Assembly: GCA_964499685.1 (NCBI GenBank) | Contig: CAZCLW010000001.1 | Coordinates: 119,859-183,858 of the forward strand | DNA length: 64,000 bases | Origin: an uncultured Planctomycetales bacterium | GTDB lineage: Bacteria; Omnitrophota; Gorgyraeia; Zapsychrales; GWA2-47-8 | Direction of reading: 5' to 3' | Shown here: positions 53,045 to 60,608 of the stretch, piece by piece | Position numbering within the stretch: position 1 is the first letter of the stretch | Layout of the letters: each line of letters starts with the position of its first letter | Made by a program: the position numbers and the translations under genes | The notes under the pieces: model-generated | The model's input: only the letters and a program-made list of their open reading frames with translations | Databases searched by the model: none | What the model was told of the DNA's origin: nothing

Positions 53045-53046
53045 TT

Positions 53047-53460
53047 CTATTGAAATCCCGCAAAAACACCGGTGCCGAACTTTTCCAGTACTTCATCCAA
53101 CACTTGCACAAAACAGATCTGGCTTGTGTTATCGCCCCCGTCAAGAGTATTCCGTGTGGCGCAGAGGGTATAGCTGGTGCCGTCGGAGGCAATATCAATG
53201 CTGTAGGTAAAGTGAGAGTTCGGCATATTGAGATCGGGCGTAAGAAAACTCTGACTGATATCGCAATTATAAACTGCCGAGCCGGAAAGCCCATGGCAAT
53301 GTTCAAAGCTGCGCCGTAATTGCATCATTATGTTGAGCGCCTCGGCGCTCCGGGAATATTCGATCATACGGTACATGCGCGGCAGGCCCAACGCAGCCAG
53401 GACGCCCACGATGATAATGACAATAATGACTTCCAAAAGAGTAAAAGCTTTCTTATTCAT
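53047..53460 (-). CDS. Divergent prepilin-type pilin-like protein, paralog 4 (about 137 aa from MNKKAFTLLE; the ORF extends to 53487).
   Basis: MNKKAFTLLEVIIVIIIVGVLAALGLPRMYRMIEYSRSAEALNIMMQL.... It lacks the C-terminal YEGMEW motif of paralogs 1-3. TGATG coupling at 53460. Its stop at 53047 is 2 nt from the giant gene's stop (convergent). Confidence 0.7.
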   Translation of the reverse strand: MNKKAFTLLEVIIVIIIVGVLAALGLPRMYRMIEYSRSAEALNIMMQLRRSFEHCHGLSGSAVYNCDISQSFLTPDLNMPNSHFTYSIDIASDGTSYTLCATRNTLDGGDNTSQICFVQVLDEVLEKFGTGVFAGFQ

Positions 53461-53978
53461 CACCATTCCATCCCGTCGTAAATGCAATAACCTTTAATAT
53501 GGGTGCCGTGGGAAGAGCTGGAAGACAGGCTGATCCCGCCGGGGTCATCATTGACTAACATTGTTGAGCTCACAAGACTGCCGACCGTAAAAACCACGTT
53601 AGCTAAACAGTCCCCGTATATTCCGGAATCATCATCCCGCCAGGCGAATAAGGCATACCCCACGGACCCATCGGAAGGGTCGGTTACGGCCGATAAAAAT
53701 TCATACACAAATTTACTGGGCCCGGAAGGATCGTCAATGCCGAGCGCGGAAAAACTAAGGCAGTTTGTGTAAGCGGTCGTCCCGCCGCCTTTCATTAGGT
53801 AACACCGCTCAACGGCCGCCCGGATATTGCTGAGATGATTGATGGCCTCGATGGCGCGGGTGCGCTCGACCATGCGGATAAAACGGGGAAAGGCGAGGCT
53901 GGCCAGGACCGCGATAATGATGATGACGATAATGAGTTCAAGGAGAGTAAAGCCGGATCCCAGGCGTTTATTTACCAT
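53460..53978 (-). CDS. Prepilin-type pilin/pseudopilin-like protein, paralog 3, 172 aa.
   Basis: MVNKRLGSGFTLLELIIVIIIIAVLASLAFPRFIRMVERTRAIEAINHL...GYCIYDGMEW. It has Gly at -1 before Phe+1. It overlaps the upstream gene's stop by 7 nt. Confidence 0.8.
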   Translation of the reverse strand: MVNKRLGSGFTLLELIIVIIIIAVLASLAFPRFIRMVERTRAIEAINHLSNIRAAVERCYLMKGGGTTAYTNCLSFSALGIDDPSGPSKFVYEFLSAVTDPSDGSVGYALFAWRDDDSGIYGDCLANVVFTVGSLVSSTMLVNDDPGGISLSSSSSHGTHIKGYCIYDGMEW

Positions 53979-54493
53979 TCCATGCCTTCATACACACAGT
54001 GGCCGGTTATTGTTATTCCTTCATCGTTGCAATTGTGAAAGAAAATGACGCCTAGGGAATCGGGATGTGTTTGTACTCCCGAACCGCCGCAACCGCTCCA
54101 GGAAAGGGTGCAATCGGACGTAGTGGTGCCGCCATCCCGCGTATTGCGTACGGCTGTTAATCGATAGCCTATATTGGAAGAGGAGCCCCAGATACCGAAT
54201 TCAAAATGGCTGTTGGGAGCCGAAAATGGATTTTCGATCCCCAGCGTATTCCATAAACTCGGTGTCGGGGAGCCGGAGGCTGTCAGGCATGCCTGCAAAG
54301 CATTGTATCCTCCGCCGCGCATCAAATAGCAACGGTCGACAGCGGCCCGGATGGTCTGGAGTTGATTGATCGCCTCCAGGGCACGGGAGCGCTCGACCAT
54401 GCGGAAAAAACGGGGCAGGGCCAAAGCGGCCAGGACACCGACGATAATGATGACGATAATGACTTCAAGGAGGGTGAAAGCATTTTTGCGCAT
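53972..54493 (-). CDS. Prepilin-type pilin/pseudopilin-like protein, paralog 2. The ORF extends to 54520 as MCLRRHGMV...; the start at MRKNAFTLLE is preferred.
   Basis: MRKNAFTLLEVIIVIIIVGVLAALALPRFFRMVERSRALEAINQL...GHCVYEGMEW. The TGATG stop/start overlap with the upstream gene at 54493 gives a typical short leader peptide. Confidence 0.75.
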   Translation of the reverse strand: MRKNAFTLLEVIIVIIIVGVLAALALPRFFRMVERSRALEAINQLQTIRAAVDRCYLMRGGGYNALQACLTASGSPTPSLWNTLGIENPFSAPNSHFEFGIWGSSSNIGYRLTAVRNTRDGGTTTSDCTLSWSGCGGSGVQTHPDSLGVIFFHNCNDEGITITGHCVYEGMEW

Positions 54494-55002
54494 TACCATT
54501 CCATGCCTTCGTAGGCACAATAGCCTTTGATTTTAATGCCTCCGGAATTATTTCCCATCATGGCGACTCCGGCAACCACCGGCGCTCCCCAAGTCCAGTC
54601 GAAGCTGGTTACACCGTAGGGTGCGGTATCACCCATTACGCATGTGGATGAAATTCCCAGGTCGCGCGTGTTGCGTCTGGCATGCAGGACCCAACCGAAA
54701 GAGGTCTGACTGCCGGCCCAGGAGGCGTCATAATCGAAATGACTGTTGGGGCTGTTGGCCGGGTTTTCCGCGGCCCATACAATTTGACGGCAGTTGCTCC
54801 ATCCGGTAATGCCGCCGGTGCTTCCCAGATAACAGCGTTCAATGGCCGCCCGCAAACTGCTCAGCATACTGATTGCCTCCACAGCGCGGGTGCGCTCCAC
54901 CATGCGGAAAAATTTAGGCAAAGCAATGCTGGCCAAGACGCCCACAATGATAATGACGATAATGACTTCCAGAAGAGTAAAAGCTTTTTGTTTTTTAAGC
55001 AT
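54493..55002 (-). CDS. Prepilin-type N-terminal methylation-domain protein (type IV pilin / T2SS pseudopilin-like), paralog 1, 169 aa.
   Basis: N-terminus MLKKQKAFTLLEVIIVIIIVGVLA has the class-III signal/prepilin motif (FTLLE with Glu+5). A Cys pair brackets the C-terminal region. The C-terminal motif is GYCAYEGMEW. Its stop overlaps the next gene's start (TGATG). Confidence 0.8.
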   Translation of the reverse strand: MLKKQKAFTLLEVIIVIIIVGVLASIALPKFFRMVERTRAVEAISMLSSLRAAIERCYLGSTGGITGWSNCRQIVWAAENPANSPNSHFDYDASWAGSQTSFGWVLHARRNTRDLGISSTCVMGDTAPYGVTSFDWTWGAPVVAGVAMMGNNSGGIKIKGYCAYEGMEW

Positions 55003-55077
55003 ATATTTACCTTTATTTAAATTATAACATTAACTTATTTCGCGCTATTACGAAAATAAAAAAATCGATAGATGGTC

Positions 55078-55106
55078 TTGCATGCTAAAAATCACAATGT
55101 TATAAT
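55078..55106 (+). promoter_or_regulatory. Sigma-70-type promoter candidate for the + strand operon: -35 TTGCAT (55078-55083), 17-nt spacer, -10 TATAAT (55101-55106).
   Basis: Read directly in the sequence: ...cttgcatgctaaaaatcacaatgttataattcc.... An AAGGAG ribosome-binding site (RBS) lies at 55141-55146, before the GTG start at 55156. Confidence 0.4.
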
Positions 55107-55155
55107 TCCTTTAGTTTCTAAGGGTTATTGAAAAAAATTTAAGGAGATTTTAAAG

Positions 55156-56310
55156 GTGCATCTGATAAAGATCTCTTCCATAGTGTTCTTTTTGACCATC
55201 GCCGCGGGAACTGGTTTTGCCTCTCCCGTGGCAATGACTTCCCAATATTATGCCCAAAGAGGCCGTGAACTTTATGAAAAAGGCAAGCACGAGGCCGCCA
55301 TTACGGAATTCCATAAGGCCCTTCAGTCAGACCCTTCCAATCTGGAAGCCAAGCAGTATTTAGAAAAGCTCGGTGTCATGCCGGGAATCCTCTCTCGTCC
55401 GGAATCCACTCCCGTCAAGATCGCCAAATTAACACAAGAAGTAAAGGTCTATCAAGGCAAGCTGGCCGATTTGGAAACGGTCAACCAGTACTTGTCCTCC
55501 GACAACGAGCGATTGTGCGCGACCATGGAGGACAAAAATGAAGCGCTGGACGGCATGGGTATGCGGGTGAACATGCTGAAAGAAAAATTAAGCGAGATCA
55601 ACAGTCATCACAAAAAGCGTCTGGCCCGATACAAAAAACTCAACGACATTCAGAGCGATCAGCTTGAATTTCTGGAGCGCATGGTGCACCGGCAGAGAGA
55701 ATTGGTCGATCAGCGCGATCTTCTTCTCGACGAGCAGGAAGAAGAGCTTAAGGGCCTGAGCGACCATTTGGATTCTGTCAAGGATGTTTCCTTGGAAGAG
55801 ATCTATCGCGTCGAAGACCTGCGCCAGCAGGAAAAGGACCGGTATCAGGGGATGATCGCGGACCTGACCCGGAGTCTCCGGGAGAAAGAATGGGAGCTGG
55901 CGTCCTTGATCCCACCGGCGGAAACAGTTGAGAGCGATCTTTCAGCGCCCTACGCGGAGTTGGAGGAAAAGGTCCAGCTTTTGAAGAAAAAGGACAGCGA
56001 CATCGCGGCTTTAAAGGAAAAATTGGTCGAGGCCCGCGAACAGATCGGCCGATTGGAACAAAAAACGATAGGGGCGGAGGAGTCGCAGCAGGTTGACGCT
56101 TTAAAGTCCAGGGTAGAGACCATTCAGGGTGAATTGGACCAAAAGAACATTTCTCTCTCGGCCCAGGAGAATGATATTGCTATTCTTCAGGAACGGCTCA
56201 GCGATGCCCAGGAACAGCTGGGTATTGTCCAGGCCATTGTCGAAGATAAAGAGGGCCAGATCCTGGCCCTCGAAGCAGAAGTCAAGCAGATCAGACAAAG
56301 GTGCGAATAG
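55156..56310 (+). CDS. Secreted TPR-like / long coiled-coil protein (384 aa, GTG start).
   Basis: N-terminal signal peptide MHLIKISSIVFFLTIAAGTGFASP. TPR-like YAQRGRELYEKGKHEAAITEFHKALQSDPSNLEAKQYL. The rest is heptad-rich coiled coil. Confidence 0.7.
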   Translation: MHLIKISSIVFFLTIAAGTGFASPVAMTSQYYAQRGRELYEKGKHEAAITEFHKALQSDPSNLEAKQYLEKLGVMPGILSRPESTPVKIAKLTQEVKVYQGKLADLETVNQYLSSDNERLCATMEDKNEALDGMGMRVNMLKEKLSEINSHHKKRLARYKKLNDIQSDQLEFLERMVHRQRELVDQRDLLLDEQEEELKGLSDHLDSVKDVSLEEIYRVEDLRQQEKDRYQGMIADLTRSLREKEWELASLIPPAETVESDLSAPYAELEEKVQLLKKKDSDIAALKEKLVEAREQIGRLEQKTIGAEESQQVDALKSRVETIQGELDQKNISLSAQENDIAILQERLSDAQEQLGIVQAIVEDKEGQILALEAEVKQIRQRCE

Positions 56311-56313
56311 TCA

Positions 56314-57048
56314 ATGCCTCTTAGCCGGTCCGAAACCCTTCTGGCCATAACCAATCTTCTTGAAGAAAAAATTTCTCAAGCCAAGATCTATGAATGGGCC
56401 CTGGCCCAGGCCGTTGCCAAGGACTATGACGTTGTCGTCAAGGATGATCCGCTTTTAGGCGAGACCATCCAGGTCCTCATCGACATGAACCATCAGCAGG
56501 GATATGTCCCCACCCGCGAAGACCTGCAGTATTATAAAGACTGCCTCGAGGGTAACGCGGATTTTGAACCGCTTGCCGTCCGTCTGGAAAAGACAAAAAG
56601 AGCCAAGCAGGCCGAGGCTGAAAAAAAGCGGGCCCAACCGCAGCCGACCGCCGGCGCAAGGCCCAAAACGATCCCGCGCAAGATCATGCGGGTTTACGTC
56701 GTTCTTTTTGCGCTGACCTCCTTGATCGTCAACATTACGGGCATTATTAAGCCGGGTTATTACCGTCCTGAAGATATCGTTACCAGGGCCGATGCGATCA
56801 AAGAAGCCATTCCCCATTTTATCTACATTGCCTTTCTGCTTATGCCGCCGCATAGATTAGCCGCCGGCTTTCTTTCTTATCTGGCCTTGCCGGTATTGTT
56901 CTTCGGGACCATTTTTTATTTCTACATCACTGTTTCCATCGTGTTCCAGCAAAACCTCAATCCTCTGCTGTTATTGGTTTACGCTCCTTTTGCCCTGATC
57001 CCGGCCTTGTTGGCCCTGTGGCTTCTCATTACCGAAAAGAAGCATTGA
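56314..57048 (+). CDS. Membrane protein with a soluble N-terminal domain and three or four C-terminal TM helices (244 aa).
   Basis: ATG 4 nt after the preceding stop. C-terminal hydrophobic helices VYVVLFALTSLIV, FIYIAFLLMPP, LALPVLFFGTIFYFYITVSIVF, LLLVYAPFALIPALLALWLLI. Confidence 0.65.
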   Translation: MPLSRSETLLAITNLLEEKISQAKIYEWALAQAVAKDYDVVVKDDPLLGETIQVLIDMNHQQGYVPTREDLQYYKDCLEGNADFEPLAVRLEKTKRAKQAEAEKKRAQPQPTAGARPKTIPRKIMRVYVVLFALTSLIVNITGIIKPGYYRPEDIVTRADAIKEAIPHFIYIAFLLMPPHRLAAGFLSYLALPVLFFGTIFYFYITVSIVFQQNLNPLLLLVYAPFALIPALLALWLLITEKKH

Positions 57049-57142
57049 GCATTGAAGAACAAAATATTCATGTTGGGTGTCCTGGTGCTGGCCGCACTCT
57101 TCGGCGGGATTTTTTTACCCCTCGATCAAAGCGAGGATTTTA

Positions 57143-57774
57143 TGGCCGAGCGTAATAAAATGGTGGAAGAGCAGATCATCCGTCGGGGCATTGATGATGA
57201 AAACGTCATCAAGGCCTTGCGCAAGGTGGAACGCCATCTTTTCGTCCCGCCAAATGACCGGCCCCTGGCCTACCGCGACCATCCCTTGCCTATCGGGTTC
57301 AATCAAACCATTTCCCAACCTTATATTGTCGCGTACATGTCGCAGGCCGCGCATTTGAAAAAAGATGACAAAGTTCTGGAGATCGGAACGGGCTCAGGGT
57401 ATCAGGCTGCGGTCCTCGCCGAAATCGTCAGGGAAGTCTATACGATCGAACTGATTGAAGGGTTGGCCAAAAGCGCCCAAGAGCGGCTGGCCGAACTTGG
57501 TTACACAAACGTTTTTGTGCGTCACGGCGACGGTTATCAGGGCTGGCCCGAACATGCGCCTTATGATGTCATCATCGTCACGGCCGCACCCGAAACCATT
57601 CCACCCAAACTAATCGAACAGCTTAAACTCGACGGACGCATGGTCGTCCCCATCGGTTCCGTCTATCAGGAGCTTTATTTGATCACCAAAACACCGACCG
57701 GTGTCGTTCAGGAAGCACTGCTTCCGGTGAGATTCGTGCCTATGGTGCCCGATAATGGGGAAAATAATTTGTAA
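57143..57774 (+). CDS. pcm: Protein-L-isoaspartate O-methyltransferase. The track ORF begins at TTG 57052 and would add a hydrophobic 30-aa N-terminal extension. The ATG at 57143 gives the canonical ~210 aa.
   Basis: MAERNKMVEEQIIRRGI.D..V..A...V.RHLFVP, motif I VLEIGTGSGYQAAVLAEIV and PYDVIIVTAA...P..L..QL..DGRMVVPIG are the hallmark PCMT blocks. Confidence 0.8.
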
Positions 57775-57840
57775 CTCAGCAGTGAGATCTGCGTTTAAAG
57801 TATAGCGACGGACATTTCGTTTGAAGAAAGGACTCCCCTT

Positions 57841-59295
57841 ATGATAAGAAAATACATCCTTGCAGTTACTGTTGTTTTGGCATTGAGCGTACCGCAAACC
57901 GGCTTTTCCCAGGAACCTCTCACAGGCAAGACTCCTCCCGGCGTGATCAAGAGCACGGTCCAGGACCAGAAAAATGTGGCCGTGACCGTTTACAACAATA
58001 ATCTCGCCTTGATCAAGGACACGCGCGAGATCGATCTTCCCAACGGACAGGCGGAGCTGAGGTTCATGGATGTGGCCGCGCACATCATGCCGGTCACGGT
58101 CCTTATCAAATCGCTCAATGACCCGGATAAATTCTCCGTGCTGGAGCAAAATTATGAATACGACCTGATCAGCCCGCGGAAACTTATGGACAAGTATGTG
58201 GGCAAAAAGATCAAGATCATCGATTACAACGCGTATCAGGATAAGAAAGAAATATTGGAAGCCACTTTGCTCAGCAATAACGAAGGCGAGATCTACCGGA
58301 TCAATGATGAGATCTTCATCGGCCACGCCGGATACAAGGTCCTGCCGGAAATTCCCGCCAATCTCATCGCCAAGCCGACGTTGACCTGGCTTTACGCGAA
58401 TTCGGCCAAAAGGCCGCACCGGCTTGAGGTTTCTTATTTGACCAATAATCTGAACTGGAAGGCCGATTATGTCATGTCGGTCAATGACAGCGACACGCTG
58501 GCTGATCTTTCCGGCTGGGTGACCTTGGATAACAAAAGCGGGGCGACCTACACCGACGCGAAATTGAAACTTGTCGCCGGAGAGGTCAATCGGGTAGCCG
58601 ACTCTATGTCGAGAGCCAAGGCCGGAAGAATGGAATTTGCCATGGCGGCAGAAGCCCCGGGCTTTGTCGAAAAATCTTTTTTCGAATATCACATCTATGA
58701 CCTGCAGCGGCCGACCACCATCAAGGACAATCAGACCAAACAGGTGAGTTTGCTGGAGGCAGGCGGCGTCAAAGTGGAAAAAGAAATGACCGTGCGCGGC
58801 AATCAATATTACTATTATTCCTCTTACGCGGCCCAGAAAATGAAAACGCCCGTCGAGGTATATATCAAATTCAAGAACAGCCAGGACAATAACGTCGGGA
58901 TGCCGCTGCCGGCCGGCACCGTGCGCTTGTATAAAGCGGATTCCGACAAAAGCCTGCAGTTTATCGGCGAGGATGCGATCGAACACACACCCAAGGATGA
59001 AGAGGTAAAACTCAGGATCGGCGAGGCCTTCGATGTGGTCTCGGAGCGCGTGCAGACGGACTTCAAGATCGTGGCCTCCAATGTGTATGAATCAGCGTGG
59101 GAGATCTCGCTGCGCAACCATAAAAAAGAAGCGGTCACGGTCGGCGTGGTCGAGCCTTTGACCGCGGACTGGCAGATCCTGGAATCAACCCACTCTTATA
59201 ATAAGGAGAACGCGTTCACCATCCGCTTTGACGTCCCCGTTGCCCCCGACGAAGAAGTGAAGGTCAAATACCGTGCGCGGGTAAGGACACATTAA
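57841..59295 (+). CDS. Secreted protein, possibly of the DUF4139 (mucoidy-inhibitor MuiA-like) family (484 aa).
   Basis: Signal peptide MIRKYILAVTVVLALSVPQTGFSQ. Internal LSGWVTLDNKSGATYTDAKLKLVAGEVNRV resembles the conserved core of DUF4139 proteins, recalled from memory and not verified. Confidence 0.5.
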   Translation: MIRKYILAVTVVLALSVPQTGFSQEPLTGKTPPGVIKSTVQDQKNVAVTVYNNNLALIKDTREIDLPNGQAELRFMDVAAHIMPVTVLIKSLNDPDKFSVLEQNYEYDLISPRKLMDKYVGKKIKIIDYNAYQDKKEILEATLLSNNEGEIYRINDEIFIGHAGYKVLPEIPANLIAKPTLTWLYANSAKRPHRLEVSYLTNNLNWKADYVMSVNDSDTLADLSGWVTLDNKSGATYTDAKLKLVAGEVNRVADSMSRAKAGRMEFAMAAEAPGFVEKSFFEYHIYDLQRPTTIKDNQTKQVSLLEAGGVKVEKEMTVRGNQYYYYSSYAAQKMKTPVEVYIKFKNSQDNNVGMPLPAGTVRLYKADSDKSLQFIGEDAIEHTPKDEEVKLRIGEAFDVVSERVQTDFKIVASNVYESAWEISLRNHKKEAVTVGVVEPLTADWQILESTHSYNKENAFTIRFDVPVAPDEEVKVKYRARVRTH

Positions 59296-59411
59296 AGATT
59301 CTTCTTTTTTCATTTTCTTTTAATCCGGTCTTAATTTACGATAACTATAATAAAGCGTTGTTTGAGGGAATGACCCGGAACAGGCCCCGCCACGGCGGGC
59401 AGGGAGAGCGG

Positions 59412-60017
59412 ATGAAAAAAGAATTACTGGCGGGATGTTTGGCTGTCGTCCTTGTCCTGTTGTGGAAGGCAGAGGGAGCAGCCCAGGACCAGGAACTTAA
59501 GAAGGCCATCGAAGACAGCTATGTACAGGAATTTCCGGAGCTAGGGCTGGTCCGGGAACAAATGGAGAGGGCCGAAGAAAAACGCGCGGCCAAAAACGGC
59601 ACGCTGGCGGGTCTTGTTGAGGATAAGGTCGCCCAAGGGCAAGAGGTGGAAAAAGATGAAATGATGGAGGCCCTGGCCGAATCCGTTTCGACCGATGCCG
59701 AAAAGACCTTCAAGGCTTACATTGCCGATCCCGTTCCTCAAACGGTCAAGATCATCGAGGGCGCCAGTCAGCACTGGCAGGGATTTTCAGCCTCTCTGGT
59801 CTTTACCGCGGATCCCGCGACTTTCGATGAATTGAAACTTGGATATGACCGGATCCCTTTTGAGGGGATCAAGCCGTTGGTGGCTGAGTGGTTCACGGAA
59901 GATATTTCTCATAAAGCTGATATTCTGGTTTATTTCCGCCATGATAATTTGAATAAGTATTACCTCCTCCTAGACCCTTCCACAGGAAAGATCTTTTTTA
60001 AAGGTCTTTCAGCCTAA
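59412..60017 (+). CDS. Hypothetical secreted protein (201 aa from MKKELLAG; the track ORF starts at 59358 without an RBS).
   Basis: RBS AGGGAGAG at 59401-59408. Signal peptide MKKELLAGCLAVVLVLLWKAEGAAQ. TATAAT at 59346-59351 upstream. Confidence 0.6.
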   Translation: MKKELLAGCLAVVLVLLWKAEGAAQDQELKKAIEDSYVQEFPELGLVREQMERAEEKRAAKNGTLAGLVEDKVAQGQEVEKDEMMEALAESVSTDAEKTFKAYIADPVPQTVKIIEGASQHWQGFSASLVFTADPATFDELKLGYDRIPFEGIKPLVAEWFTEDISHKADILVYFRHDNLNKYYLLLDPSTGKIFFKGLSA

Positions 60018-60152
60018 TCTTGTAACATACTGTAAAATAATAAGTTAAGAATAAATCTACTGGAAAGACCAGCCGGTATTTATCTGTGGTTGGCCTTCTT
60101 ATAATATGGCATACTTTAAGTAAGAAATGCGGTGAAGAAGGAGGTGGTAAAA

Positions 60153-60452
60153 ATGAAGAGAGCTCTTAGTTTAGTCATTGCATTGGTTTTTGTGGTGACT
60201 ATGACAGCTCCGTCATTTGCCCTCCCCGAGCCGGTAGATAAGTCGCTTCACAAGATCAAGAAGGGCGTATGGGATATCGCGTCCATTCCCTATGATCTTG
60301 GTAAAGGGACTTATGATGAAGCCAAGTCCTCTAGTTTCAAGCCGTTTGGTTTGTTAGGGGGCGTATTAAAAAGCTCGGCTGAAGGCGTCAAAAAAGCTGT
60401 CACGTCAGCGGTCGATATCGCGACGTTCCCGCTCGACATGGTCAAGAAGTAA
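60153..60452 (+). CDS. Small secreted protein (99 aa). The ATG at 60153 is preferred over the GTG at 60132.
   Basis: Strong RBS GAAGGAGGTG (60136-60145) 7 nt before the ATG. Signal peptide MKRALSLVIALVFVVTMTAPSFALP. TATAAT at 60100-60105. Confidence 0.6.
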   Translation: MKRALSLVIALVFVVTMTAPSFALPEPVDKSLHKIKKGVWDIASIPYDLGKGTYDEAKSSSFKPFGLLGGVLKSSAEGVKKAVTSAVDIATFPLDMVKK

Positions 60453-60510
60453 TTACCACCTGCCTCGCCCAAGTGCGGGGCTTGACTAGCCGCAGAAGTG
60501 TTTTGGAGAA

Positions 60511-60546
60511 GGGGGTCAATACGCAACGTTTGGCCCCCTTTTCATT
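60511..60546 (+). terminator. Rho-independent terminator after the small secreted protein gene.
   Basis: GC-rich stem GGGGGTCA (60511-60518) pairs with TGGCCCCC (60531-60538), including one G-U pair, across a 12-nt loop. A T-tract TTTTCATTT follows. Confidence 0.55.
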
Positions 60547-60608
60547 TATCCTGCCTTGAAAAGCCCCTCTATATATGCTATCTTTTTAACAGTTTTTAAA
60601 CTAATACT

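Noticed and set aside
41-53044. Possibility that the 53-kb ORF is several adjacent genes fused by read-through or assembly error.
   Set aside because: There is no in-frame stop anywhere. I saw no internal RBS+ATG boundary paired with a terminator. Domains and TM blocks continue without intergenic-like AT-rich gaps. Still, assembly should be verified with reads.
57610-58986. 458-aa minus-strand ORF overlapping the 3' end of pcm and most of the DUF4139-like gene.
   Set aside because: The + strand genes carry clear PCMT homology and a signal peptide with sensible RBSs. The minus-strand translation has no features and is shadow-like.
59412-59450. LAGC lipobox-like tetrapeptide in MKKELLAGCLAVV…
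   Set aside because: The Cys lies at the start of the hydrophobic core rather than after it. An SPase I site (AEGA|AQ) follows, so this is not a lipoprotein.
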